A model generated the notes under the pieces. It did not search any database and was not told the DNA's origin. It was given only the letters and a program-made list of their open reading frames with translations. DNA of 32,000 bases from Candidatus Babelota bacterium (GTDB lineage: Bacteria; Babelota; Babeliae; Babelales; Vermiphilaceae), in assembly GCA_039809905.1 (NCBI GenBank), contig JBDHVY010000001.1:450001-482000 (forward strand), read 5' to 3'. A program made the position numbers and the translations under genes. Of the stretch, positions 1 to 8,761 are shown piece after piece. The first letter of the stretch is position 1. Each line of letters starts with the position of its first letter.

Positions 1-334
1 TTGCTCCACGGATCTTCTGGTGCTTCTTCTATTTCAACATATGGCCCTTGCCATTTTTTGGAAGCACGTTCATCTTTTGGTCGCTTACCTAGATCCATTA
101 GTTTTTGAGGAAGAACACCAGTATGTGTTTTATACATCATAATAGCATCTTTAAAACTCTTCATTTCAGTCCGAGCCGTTGTTTTTTTTGCATTATCAAG
201 CATTTGAAAAACTTTAGGACCAACCAATCCCGCAACAAGACCCAAAATCATCACTGCAATCATAATTTCCATTAAAGAAAATCCAGCACGTGCATACCGA
301 TGCACATTATTATCAGCGTATGACACAGTTGCCA
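1..334 (-). CDS. gspG: General secretion pathway protein G-like major pseudopilin (3' end beyond window)
   Basis: Reverse-strand reading from ATG at 334 gives MATVSYADNNVHRYARAGFSLMEIMIAVMILGLVAGLVGPKVFQMLDNAKKTTARTEMKSFKDAIMMYKTHTG..., with the prepilin cleavage/methylation motif (GFSLMEIMIAV) and GspG-like LGKRPKDERASKKWQGPYVE...PEDPW. Partial at window edge; absent from the supplied ORF track. Followed the gspF-like gene in transcription order. Confidence 0.88.
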
Positions 335-358
335 TAAAAACTCCTTTGTTAATAATTA

Positions 359-1570
359 TCATCCAATATTTTCAAGTTGTCCCATCATTGGCAATGCAAT
401 TGCAAGCACAATGAATCCAACAATCACCGCCATAACCACTAACATCAGTGGCGAAATAAGCCCAGTTAATGTATCAACCAACTCAACATAATCTTTTTCA
501 TACGTATCGGCAACAGTCAAAAGCATAGCATCTAATTGACCTGTTTGTTCACCCGTTTTAATCAGATAAATTGCAATCGGAGGAAACATGTTTGTTTGTT
601 GCAAATATTCTGCAATTTTACCTTCCTTAACAATATTATCACGCGCAGTACGCAAGGCTTGCGCAAGTACTTTATTATCAATAACACTTACTACGATATC
701 AAGCGCATCGGCAATGTTAACACCACCTTCTAATAATAATCCCAATGTATAGCTAAACTGCACTACCGCATTCATTTTAGAAAGATTTTTAATGATAGGT
801 ATACGCAATTTTAATTGATCATATTGTCGTCCACCAACAGCACTTGATTTCCAAACTTTAAATAAGCTTACAAGAGCAATGAGCACTCCAATCATTGCAA
901 TAAAATGATCCACCATAAAATCAGAAAGTGCCATAACAAATGCTGTCGGACCCGGTAATTCTTTTTTTTGTGATGCAAAATTTTTCGCCATATTTGGCAC
1001 CACTTTTACAATCAAGACCACTATAACAACAATTGCAACAACCAATTGTATCAGTGGTTGTTGCAATGCGCCTTTTACCTTTTTGGAAATTGCTTCTCGA
1101 CGTTCCAGAAACATCGTAAGCCGTTCAAGAATAGTGTCTAATTTACCCGTTGCTTCACCTGCTCGCACCAATTGAATATAAATATTTTCAAATACCTTGG
1201 GATATTTTGCGAGAGCATCTGCGAGAGAAATACCTTCTTTTACATCATCCTTGATGCGTACAAGCATATTTTTCATTCCACCTTCAAACTGCTCAATCAG
1301 CAATTCAATTGCTTGCAAAATAGGGACACCCGATTTAAGTAAAATAGCAAATTGTTTAGTGAAAAGAATTTTATCTTTAGCTGTCGGTTTTTTTTCAAAC
1401 AATCGTGCAAAAAAACCAGCCGTTGAAGTACCGCCAGATAATTCAATTTTAGTTGGAAACAAACCTTGACGAGCCAAAAGCTCTTTTAAAGCATCGGCTG
1501 ATGGCGCATCAATAATGCCGTGCACTTTTTTACCATCTTTTGAAAAGCCTTCATACGAGTATAATGCCAT
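359..1570 (-). CDS. gspF: Type II secretion / type IV pilus inner-membrane platform protein GspF/PilC family
   Basis: 403 aa with GspF-family layout and motifs (FTKQFAILLKSGVPILQAIELL; FSYTLGLLLEGGVNIADALDIV; IKTGEQTGQLDAMLLTVADTYEKDY; C-terminal TM). Adjacent to the GspG-like gene on the same strand. Confidence 0.93.
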   Translation of the reverse strand: MALYSYEGFSKDGKKVHGIIDAPSADALKELLARQGLFPTKIELSGGTSTAGFFARLFEKKPTAKDKILFTKQFAILLKSGVPILQAIELLIEQFEGGMKNMLVRIKDDVKEGISLADALAKYPKVFENIYIQLVRAGEATGKLDTILERLTMFLERREAISKKVKGALQQPLIQLVVAIVVIVVLIVKVVPNMAKNFASQKKELPGPTAFVMALSDFMVDHFIAMIGVLIALVSLFKVWKSSAVGGRQYDQLKLRIPIIKNLSKMNAVVQFSYTLGLLLEGGVNIADALDIVVSVIDNKVLAQALRTARDNIVKEGKIAEYLQQTNMFPPIAIYLIKTGEQTGQLDAMLLTVADTYEKDYVELVDTLTGLISPLMLVVMAVIVGFIVLAIALPMMGQLENIG

Positions 1571-1678
1571 AAAAAATCCTTAAAAAACTCTATCTTTTGA
1601 TTTGATCAATTATTTAGCTTTGTGATAAAATAAACAATCGAACAGGTTTGATCTACCATTTTTATACGGAGTTAAATC

Positions 1679-2623
1679 ATGATTTATAGATTTATTACAC
1701 TGTTATCAGTATACACTCTTTTCATTCATAGTATAAATGCTCATCCTTTTCAAGGAAAAGATGCTGATATACAAAACCAAAGTAATCATATTGCAGCAAT
1801 TCAACATGAATTAAAACATCCTCGCTATGCAAAAGATATTTTACCATACGATCTTTCTCACATTGTCCAACTATTGAGCTTTGGTAATACACAAAATCAA
1901 TCACCTCTTTATGCTCGTTCAGTATTACAATCTTTCAGCACTATACTCAAGCGTTCTCATTGTGTCAGTGCTCATGCATTTTCTGAACTGCTTGAAGAAT
2001 TACCTCAACACCTTATGCCTTATTTTTCACTACCAGCATCTCGTACCTATATCACCAATTCTGCACTGTATGATGCAACATTTGTTGATCGATTTAAAGC
2101 AACCGTAAACAATATGCTTTATTCTCAATTCAGTACAAATTATGAATCATTTAGACAAGACCCAAATGAGTTTTTACGCACCATCAGTTCAAATATTGTT
2201 ACCATTGCTCAAGAAGAAATGACACAAGAACAACTACGACAAATTTTTATTCGTTTCTGTGAAATTGCATTAAGCAAATTAATTTGGGATCCTGCTACTC
2301 ATGAAGCTACATGGCTTACCACCAAACGAATTGCCGAACAACTTGCTCATCTTCTTGAATACAACATTCTTGATGACACCAATGATCTGGAAGATTTACA
2401 TGCAACATTGTTGAATCGCTATTGCTATTTTATTGATATCACGGCAACAGATATGCCTTCGTCCTTTTTTGCAGCAATTAGAAACGATCTTAAATCAAAC
2501 GATATTGTTCTTTTTGCACTTGCAGAACAAGATGATATACTCGAATCAAAGTTAGCGTATATGCAACGCACCCTGATTGAAGCAGAAACCACTGCATATC
2601 GTCATCAAGCAGGAATAAATTAA
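1679..2623 (+). CDS. Hypothetical secreted protein
   Basis: 314 aa ORF with N-terminal signal-peptide-like sequence (MIYRFITLLSVYTLFIHSINAHP); no recognised domain. Confidence 0.75.
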   Translation: MIYRFITLLSVYTLFIHSINAHPFQGKDADIQNQSNHIAAIQHELKHPRYAKDILPYDLSHIVQLLSFGNTQNQSPLYARSVLQSFSTILKRSHCVSAHAFSELLEELPQHLMPYFSLPASRTYITNSALYDATFVDRFKATVNNMLYSQFSTNYESFRQDPNEFLRTISSNIVTIAQEEMTQEQLRQIFIRFCEIALSKLIWDPATHEATWLTTKRIAEQLAHLLEYNILDDTNDLEDLHATLLNRYCYFIDITATDMPSSFFAAIRNDLKSNDIVLFALAEQDDILESKLAYMQRTLIEAETTAYRHQAGIN

Positions 2624-2696
2624 CCAATTGAAGAAATAAGATTGGCAATAAAAACTAAATTAATAAAAATTCGATTGCTCTTAAAAAGGAGAGGCA

Positions 2697-3767
2697 ATGG
2701 ATGCTCAAGCACCACAAATAGAAATTGTTTATACAGAACAACAAAAAAACAATCCCTCATCTGAACCAGGCAAAAGAAAAAAATCCTTTTCAAACGATGA
2801 ATTTCTTGTAAGATCACCAAAAACACCTCCATCAACGCCAAAAGCAAAAACGCCTGATTCTTCATCTGAAGATCAAGATCCCTTGGGAAGCTTTAGAGAT
2901 GTAAGCGATCTTGCAGATAGCATAATAAATGAATCATTGCAAAAAGAGCTAGATGGTATAAAAACAAAGTTTCGTGAGGTTCAGTCATTATACGAACAAA
3001 CCAAAAAAGATCATCTTGATGTATTGAACAGAATTTTACTATTTCACGAAGAAAAAAAGCAACTTTTAGCATTCAATACATCAACCAGACAAGATATTGG
3101 TTACATAAAAAAAGATATTTCATCTCATGCGGAACTTATTCAACAACTTAAAAAGCGTGTAGAAACAACCGAAATTAATTGCTCAGCATTTAATTCCCGC
3201 TTAGAAACAATGAATTCCACAAATACTATCCTTGAAGTTCAAGAAGCAGAAGTAGAATATAAATCATCTCAACAACTTATAGAAGAGTCAAAAAAATTAT
3301 TAGATGATGTGAACAAATCTCCTGCTACTGAATTAATGATGGGACGCATAGTCAAACTAGAACTACAACAGCAACAATTAGCAGAAAAACAGGCTGAAAA
3401 AATTACAGTTGATCACATTGTAAGCACTCCTCGATCTCCTAAACGCAAAGTTCTTGCAGATGAAGAAGAAGAAATTACTCTTGAAAAAACATTAACTCAA
3501 TTTCAAGAAGACTTAGAAAATTTAAAAAAACTAGAAAAGCAAGTAACAGAGCTTCTGACTGTAAAAAAAGACCTAAACAAACTCACCAATGATACAGCAA
3601 CTGAGAAAAACTCCGCAGCAAAAAAAATAACTGAACTTGAAAATAGGTATAATGCTCTTGATGCTGAGTTTGGATCATTTATAAAACGAGTTCGTATATG
3701 GACTACTCTAGGATTAGCATCTTTTGCCGCATGTTTTTGGATATTATGGCATACTCATAAGAAGTAA
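2697..3767 (+). CDS. Hypothetical coiled-coil protein with C-terminal transmembrane anchor
   Basis: 356 aa; Ser/Pro/Lys-rich N-terminus, long E/K/Q-rich heptad-like region, single C-terminal hydrophobic helix (TLGLASFAACFWILW). GGAG-like RBS just upstream (aaaggagaggcaATG). Confidence 0.75.
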   Translation: MDAQAPQIEIVYTEQQKNNPSSEPGKRKKSFSNDEFLVRSPKTPPSTPKAKTPDSSSEDQDPLGSFRDVSDLADSIINESLQKELDGIKTKFREVQSLYEQTKKDHLDVLNRILLFHEEKKQLLAFNTSTRQDIGYIKKDISSHAELIQQLKKRVETTEINCSAFNSRLETMNSTNTILEVQEAEVEYKSSQQLIEESKKLLDDVNKSPATELMMGRIVKLELQQQQLAEKQAEKITVDHIVSTPRSPKRKVLADEEEEITLEKTLTQFQEDLENLKKLEKQVTELLTVKKDLNKLTNDTATEKNSAAKKITELENRYNALDAEFGSFIKRVRIWTTLGLASFAACFWILWHTHKK

Positions 3768-3819
3768 AAACCTATGATACATTTGATTATTCTCCAGTCT
3801 TTATCATATAAGTATACTT

Positions 3820-3848
3820 GGTTATTCTTACAAAATAACCATCTTTTT
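3820..3848 (+). terminator. Candidate rho-independent terminator downstream of 2697..3767
   Basis: GGTTATT-CTTACAA-AATAACC (7 bp stem) followed by ATCTTTTTG. Confidence 0.4.
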
Positions 3849-3894
3849 GTATACTGAATACATGAGAATCACTAACCTTATGGCTGCTTCTTTA

Positions 3895-3980
3895 ACGGGG
3901 TCCCCATTTACGCCCCAATTTCACTTTGTTCTATTGGGGTCCTCGTGCGAAATAAAATGAGCATGGGGTTATAATAATGG
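3895..3980 (+). repeat. Dispersed G/C-rich hairpin element, copy 1 (upstream of priA)
   Basis: ACGGGGTCCCCATTTACGCCCCAATTTCACTTTGTTCTATTGGGGTCCTCGTGCGAA...GAGCATGGGGTTATAATAATGG. Same block order and inverted CCCCAAT/ATTGGGG as copies at 10311 and 19801, more diverged. Confidence 0.7.
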
Positions 3981-3991
3981 TGTTATAATAC

Positions 3992-5959
3992 ATGTTTATC
4001 AGAGTCAGACTTTTAAATGGATTACCCGAGCCTTTATGGTATGCCGTACCAGCAGAATATACGCAACCGCTTACAGGCCTTGTTGTTCAAGTTCCTGTGC
4101 GTAATCGAATTATACCTGCATTGGTAATTGATGAATATACAACTAAACCAGCAAGCCTTACATTTGAACTAAAAAACATTCAGGGAATCGAACAATTACC
4201 TGATGATACTCATTATCAAAAATTTCTTAAACATCTTGGCAATTATTATCAGATTGAGCCATTGCATTTCATCAAACGAATTCACCATTTTCTGATTGAT
4301 AAACAACAAGAACCACTTATCACAGAGCAAGAAAAAACCGTCATTCATCTTGATCGCGTAACTCTGACTGCTGAACAACAAAAAGTGTGTGATTTTATTA
4401 TTCCTCATATCGGCAAAAAATATCTACCAACGCTTTTGCATGGAGTTACTGGGTCAGGAAAAACAGAAGTATACAAAAATCTTTTTTTACATGCACTCAA
4501 CAATAATCAATCAAGTTTGTTGCTTCTACCAGAAGTAACGCTTGCCATTGCTTTTGAAAATCGCCTGAAAGCTGAATTACCTCACGCACCAATTTATGGT
4601 TTTCATTCAGGTAAATCTCCTCAAGAAAAAAAAGAAGTATGGAATCTGTTACATAATAAAACACCCATTATTTTAATTGGCGTGCATTTACCAGTCTTAT
4701 TACCCATTCCTAATCTTAGTATTATTGTTATTGATGAAGAACACGAGATTGGATACCAAGAAAAAAAACATCCCAAAATAAACAGCATGCAAGCGGCTCT
4801 TATTCGTGCTCAATGCAGTAACATTCCTATTTTACTTGGCTCTGCAACACCATCAATAAGTTCGCTCCATAATGTAAAAACAAAAAACTGGGCGTTTTTT
4901 CAACTCAAGAAAAGATTTTCAGGAACATTACCCACAGTTCAAACTGTTTCTTTAACAGAAAATAAAAACAGAAAACAATTTTGGATTAGCAAAGAATTAG
5001 AAGCAGCCATTAAACAACGTCTAGAAAAACGCGAACAAACAATTGTTTTTATTAATCGTCGCGGTTTTAGCTTTTTTGTACAATGCAAAAATTGTACGTT
5101 TATTTTTTCATGTACAACATGTTCAGTAAGCCTCACATTACATGAAGATAATCGCTTAGTATGCCATTATTGTACCTATTCATTGGCATTACCCCATGCA
5201 TGCCCTGCATGCAAAGGACATGCTGATGATTTTTTAAAAAAAGGTATTGGCACGCAAAAGGTAGTAACTATTTTAGAAAAAATGTTTCCACAGGCAAAAA
5301 TTGCACGTGCAGATATGGATACAACCACTAAAAAAAAGGTATGGCAACAAACGATTGCTGATATGATGAATGGAAGCATCGATATTCTGGTTGGCACGCA
5401 AACAATTACTAAAGGTTTTCATTTTCCCAACGTTACGCTCGTGGGAGTTTTATGGGCCGATTTGCATTTAGGATTTCCTGTGTATAATGCAGCTGAAACT
5501 GCGCTACAACAATTAATTCAAGTTGCAGGCCGTGCTGGCAGAAATCATACTCATGGCGCAGTTATTATTCAAGCAATGGCAGAACATCCCTTATTTCAGC
5601 ATTTAAATGAGATTGATTATTTAAAATTTTATGCTGAAGAAATGCAAACACGCACAGCATTACAATATCCTCCTGCATCACGCTTTGCTGAATTAGAACT
5701 GAAACATATTAATGAAAAAAAATTGGAACAAGAAGCATATCATGTCATTAATTGCTTACAAGATCATGTTGAAAAAAACAGATTATCAGTAATAGTGCTC
5801 GGGCCAGCAAAACCCCCTGTTTCTAAAATAAAATCAATTCATAGCCGCAAAATTTATATTAAAGGGGGAGATTTTGCTGAGATTATAGAGTTGTGTCAGA
5901 AGATAGAGAAGAAAAAGTATAGTAGTTCAATTTATTTTACGCCTAATCCACTTGCATAA
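3992..5959 (+). CDS. priA: Primosomal replication protein N' (PriA helicase)
   Basis: 655 aa; Walker A TGVTGSGKTEVY, DEEH box (VIDEEHEIGYQ), HLGSATPS-like LLGSATPS, zinc-binding CxxC clusters (CKNCTFIFSCTTCSVSLTLHEDNRLVCHYC...CPACKG), GTQTITKGFHFPNVTLVGV, QVAGRAGR. Confidence 0.96.
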   Translation: MFIRVRLLNGLPEPLWYAVPAEYTQPLTGLVVQVPVRNRIIPALVIDEYTTKPASLTFELKNIQGIEQLPDDTHYQKFLKHLGNYYQIEPLHFIKRIHHFLIDKQQEPLITEQEKTVIHLDRVTLTAEQQKVCDFIIPHIGKKYLPTLLHGVTGSGKTEVYKNLFLHALNNNQSSLLLLPEVTLAIAFENRLKAELPHAPIYGFHSGKSPQEKKEVWNLLHNKTPIILIGVHLPVLLPIPNLSIIVIDEEHEIGYQEKKHPKINSMQAALIRAQCSNIPILLGSATPSISSLHNVKTKNWAFFQLKKRFSGTLPTVQTVSLTENKNRKQFWISKELEAAIKQRLEKREQTIVFINRRGFSFFVQCKNCTFIFSCTTCSVSLTLHEDNRLVCHYCTYSLALPHACPACKGHADDFLKKGIGTQKVVTILEKMFPQAKIARADMDTTTKKKVWQQTIADMMNGSIDILVGTQTITKGFHFPNVTLVGVLWADLHLGFPVYNAAETALQQLIQVAGRAGRNHTHGAVIIQAMAEHPLFQHLNEIDYLKFYAEEMQTRTALQYPPASRFAELELKHINEKKLEQEAYHVINCLQDHVEKNRLSVIVLGPAKPPVSKIKSIHSRKIYIKGGDFAEIIELCQKIEKKKYSSSIYFTPNPLA

Positions 5960-5969
5960 AAGATTTAAT

Positions 5970-6176
5970 CCCCAACTTAGACCGTTGGGGGCCCGCACAA
6001 AAATTATATTTTTTGTGAAATTTTCCTAGGGGTTTCTTGTCCAAACGCCTAGAACCCCAGACACAACCATCCTGCTTGACCTCTTTCGGCATGAACTCGG
6101 GCTCTCACCTGCTACGCAGACTACGCAGCTTCAAACCCTCATCGGGCTACGCCCTCTTGGCAACATGGCCTCATGA
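5970..6176. repeat. GC-rich intergenic islet with consecutive inverted repeats (possible repetitive element or structured RNA/terminator region)
   Basis: CCCCAAC-ttagacc-GTTGGGG (5970-5990); CACAAAAA-ttatat-TTTTTGTG (5996-6017); GGGGTT...AACCCC (about 6029-6058); near-direct repeat CTACGCAG A CTACGCAG (about 6112-6128). Markedly more GC-rich than the surroundings; no credible coding content. Confidence 0.5.
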
Positions 6177-6287
6177 GACTTTTTACTTATTATTTTTTTA
6201 CAAAATAAATTTCCTCAAGCCATTGTAAAAAAAGACCAAATCATTCATAATTGTAATAAAGATTATATTCTAACACATTGGATATAA

Positions 6288-6476
6288 AGGATTATAGATG
6301 AAAAAGGAAATATTATCAGACCTAGCCATCCTTGGCTACCTTCTTTTGCAGGACTTGCATTAACCGCCATACTTCTTGCAAGCCTTTATGCTTATTTCGA
6401 TTATTACTGGAGCAATCCAAGCTCTTCTTTGGATAGTCTCTCAATTCCAGAAATAGAACCAGGAGTTAAAAATTAA
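6288..6476 (+). pseudogene. C-terminal remnant of a paralog of the protein at 6502..7161
   Basis: Frame from 6288 reads RIIDEKGNIIRPSHPWLPSFAGLALTAILLASLYAYFDYYWSNPSSSLDSLSIPEIEPGVKN*, aligning with KPSSSWLQSFVSVALPTAALAAWLYIYLNYWKTPSSLNNYSMPTWVAPE near the C-terminus of the downstream gene. No start codon in frame; preceded by an in-frame stop (TAA 6285-6287). Confidence 0.65.
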
Positions 6477-6501
6477 TTGATAATATAACTTGGAGATAGC
6501 A

Positions 6502-7161
6502 ATGAAGAATGCAATTATCGTGAGTATATTATGCGGATTATTAAGCATTTCACTGGGATTCGGTGCCATGATACAAACTAAAAAAGACCCAGCAGGCGAT
6601 CTCAATCAAAAATATACTGTTACCGAAACATACTTAATACTCAATCTCGATCAAGAAAATGCAGGAATAGAAAATGTGTCAATAAAGAATGCGTTAAGAG
6701 ACCAGCTTAAGCAGATAACAGATAAGATCGTTGTAAAATATTTCTCCAACACCAATCGTTTGGCACTGGGAAAACCTGGATCTGATGAGGGAGATTTTAC
6801 TTTAGAAAATATTCAGAGAAAAAATATTGAAAACAACATCTCTTCAATGAAAAATATTTTTAATGAAAATAAATCTCTTTATTTATATATCAAAAATCCC
6901 GAGCTCAAAATATATCATGTAATAGGTTATCAGACAGGCCCTGAGAAAACAAAACCTAGCTCTTCTTGGCTACAATCTTTCGTTTCGGTTGCATTACCAA
7001 CAGCAGCTCTTGCTGCATGGCTTTATATTTATCTCAATTATTGGAAAACCCCAAGCTCTTTAAATAATTATTCAATGCCAACATGGGTAGCCCCAGAAAC
7101 AATACTTAAAGAGTATCCACAACAAAAAATTCCTTCCTATAATGCTTTAATTCCGCAATAG
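6502..7161 (+). CDS. Hypothetical secreted/membrane protein (SP at N-terminus, TM near C-terminus)
   Basis: ORF track begins at TTG 6490, but ATG 6502 follows a GGAG-like RBS (cttGGAGatagcaATG) and starts MKNAIIVSILCGLLSISLGFGAM. C-terminal TM PTAALAAWLYIYLNYW. Confidence 0.75.
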   Translation: MKNAIIVSILCGLLSISLGFGAMIQTKKDPAGDLNQKYTVTETYLILNLDQENAGIENVSIKNALRDQLKQITDKIVVKYFSNTNRLALGKPGSDEGDFTLENIQRKNIENNISSMKNIFNENKSLYLYIKNPELKIYHVIGYQTGPEKTKPSSSWLQSFVSVALPTAALAAWLYIYLNYWKTPSSLNNYSMPTWVAPETILKEYPQQKIPSYNALIPQ

Positions 7162-7675
7162 ATTCATAGACATCGCTCAATGCGCGATGCTGATCATTTT
7201 TTTTATATTCAATATTGGGACTTTGTGGATACCATCGTTTTGCTAATTCTTTAATAGTCGAAACATCAACAATACGATAGTGAAGATAGTGTGGAATTTG
7301 TGGCATATATTTATCTAAAAAAACTCGATCCTGCCAGACAGAATTTCCGGCAAGAACTCCTGTATGGATAGGACAATGTTTTTTAATAAATGCTAATGTT
7401 TCTTCGTATGCCTGTTCTAGCGATATAGTTGAAGTGCGTACCGCATCAGTTAATCCCGTTTTACCATGATGATCTTGGCACCACTTTCCCATACCAGCAA
7501 GTTTTTCTTCTGGTTGGTGGATAATAAATGATGGGCCTTCTTCGAGCACATTAAGATTACCATCCGTAATCACGCATGCAATTTCCAAAATAACATCTTG
7601 AGCGATATTCAATCCGGTCATTTCAAGATCAATCCAAACCAAATTTCCCACAACATTATTTTTTCCCACAAACAA
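7106..7675 (-). CDS. orn: Oligoribonuclease
   Basis: 189 aa; DEDD exonuclease motifs LVWIDLEMTGLN..DVILEIACVITDGNL, HCPIHTGVLAGNSVWQDRVFLDKYMPQIPHYLHYRIVDVSTIKELAKRW, HRALSDVYESIAELKHYRKEFF. TTG start at 7675. Overlaps the 3' end of the convergent gene by 56 bp. Confidence 0.95.
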   Translation of the reverse strand: MFVGKNNVVGNLVWIDLEMTGLNIAQDVILEIACVITDGNLNVLEEGPSFIIHQPEEKLAGMGKWCQDHHGKTGLTDAVRTSTISLEQAYEETLAFIKKHCPIHTGVLAGNSVWQDRVFLDKYMPQIPHYLHYRIVDVSTIKELAKRWYPQSPNIEYKKNDQHRALSDVYESIAELKHYRKEFFVVDTL

Positions 7676-7844
7676 CCTCTAATAAATGATTTTAAATTCA
7701 TAAAAGCATAACATCGGCATACCATATTTGCTAACAAAATAAAAAATCAATATTAGATAGTCTCTATCTGATGATTTTGACAAAATAAAATTTTGGACAT
7801 TATACTACGGTAAAAATTAAACAATAATCGCGCAATGGAAAATA

Positions 7845-8678
7845 ATGAAACAGCTATCATTACAAATATTTTTGCTATCGCTATGCATTTGCAGTATTTA
7901 TGCATATTCTACTGATTTTGTTACCATCGCAATACTTGCCAAAGATAAAGAACATACCCTGCCACTCTATTTACAATGTATTGAAAATCAAACATGGCCG
8001 GCCGAAAAAACATATCTTTATATTCGAACTAATAATAATAATGACAATACAAAACAGCTGCTTGGCAATTGGATTGATAAGGTTGGTCATCGCTATGCAA
8101 AAATCTATTTTGATGATTCAGATGTTGATGTTCCAGTACAAAATTTTGGCCAACACGAATGGAATTACACACGATTTCAAGTTTTAGGTGCTATTAGACA
8201 AGCATCAGTTGATTGGGCATACGAAAACAATTCTCATTACTTTGTAGCAGATTGTGATAATTTTATTATTCCTGAAACACTTGAAAGTATGATGAAAATA
8301 AATCTACCAATCGTAGCTCCTATGCTGCGTTGCTATTCACAGAAATATTACTCAAATTATCACGATATTGTTGATGAAAATGGTTATTACACCCCATCTG
8401 TACCCTATTACCAAATTCTTGATCAAAGCATTAAAGGTATCATTGATGTAGCAGTTGTACATTGCACGTATTTTATCAGACATGAAGTATTAAACACCGT
8501 ATGTTACGACGATGAATCTGCGCGTTATGAATACGTGATTTTTAGCGATTGTGCACGCAAGCACAATATTCCACAATATATCGATAATCGCATTATCTAT
8601 GGCTATATTTCTTTTGCTGAAAATAAAGAAGAATTATTGAGAGAAAAATTTTTTGAGAACATGTCACACATTGATTAA
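7845..8678 (+). CDS. Secreted glycosyltransferase resembling the GT-A domain of eukaryotic procollagen galactosyltransferase (COLGALT/PLOD-type)
   Basis: Signal peptide, then VTIAILAKDKEHTLPLYLQCIENQTWP, IRTNNNNDNTKQLLGNWIDKVG, YFVADCDNFIIPETLESMMKINLPIVAPML, YYSNYHDIVDENGYY, VAVVHCTYFIRHEVLN, VIFSDCARKHNIPQYIDNRIIYGYIS. These follow from memory the order and wording of collagen galactosyltransferase motifs. Confidence 0.8.
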   Translation: MKQLSLQIFLLSLCICSIYAYSTDFVTIAILAKDKEHTLPLYLQCIENQTWPAEKTYLYIRTNNNNDNTKQLLGNWIDKVGHRYAKIYFDDSDVDVPVQNFGQHEWNYTRFQVLGAIRQASVDWAYENNSHYFVADCDNFIIPETLESMMKINLPIVAPMLRCYSQKYYSNYHDIVDENGYYTPSVPYYQILDQSIKGIIDVAVVHCTYFIRHEVLNTVCYDDESARYEYVIFSDCARKHNIPQYIDNRIIYGYISFAENKEELLREKFFENMSHID

Positions 8679-8761
8679 TATGGCAATTATGATATTCTAA
8701 TTGAGTAATTTATAAAAACAAACAAGTATATACAACAAGATTTTAAATATAAAAAACTCAC

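Noticed and set aside
536-1469. + strand ORFs 536..733 and 1197..1469
   Set aside because: Antisense to gspF, no recognisable content.
2620-2865. 81 aa - strand ORF
   Set aside because: Antisense to the start of the coiled-coil gene; no RBS or motif.
5970-6176. Possible tRNA or rRNA fragment in the GC-rich islet
   Set aside because: No cloverleaf, T-loop (GGTTCRANYCC) or recognisable rRNA signature on either strand by eye; left as an unclassified element pending an Rfam scan.
6037-6228. ORF of 63 aa (MSKRLEPQTQPSCLTSFGMNSGSHLLRRLRSFKP...)
   Set aside because: Lies across the GC-rich hairpin islet with no RBS and a composition typical of accidental reading of a structured or repeat sequence; not called as a gene.
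6298-6363. ATG ORF MKKEILSDLAILGYLLLQDLH overlapping the paralog remnant
   Set aside because: Short and in the wrong frame relative to the clear homology to the neighbouring protein; treated as chance.
7900-8187. 95 aa + strand ORF inside the glycosyltransferase gene
   Set aside because: Overlaps a well-supported coding frame with no independent motifs.
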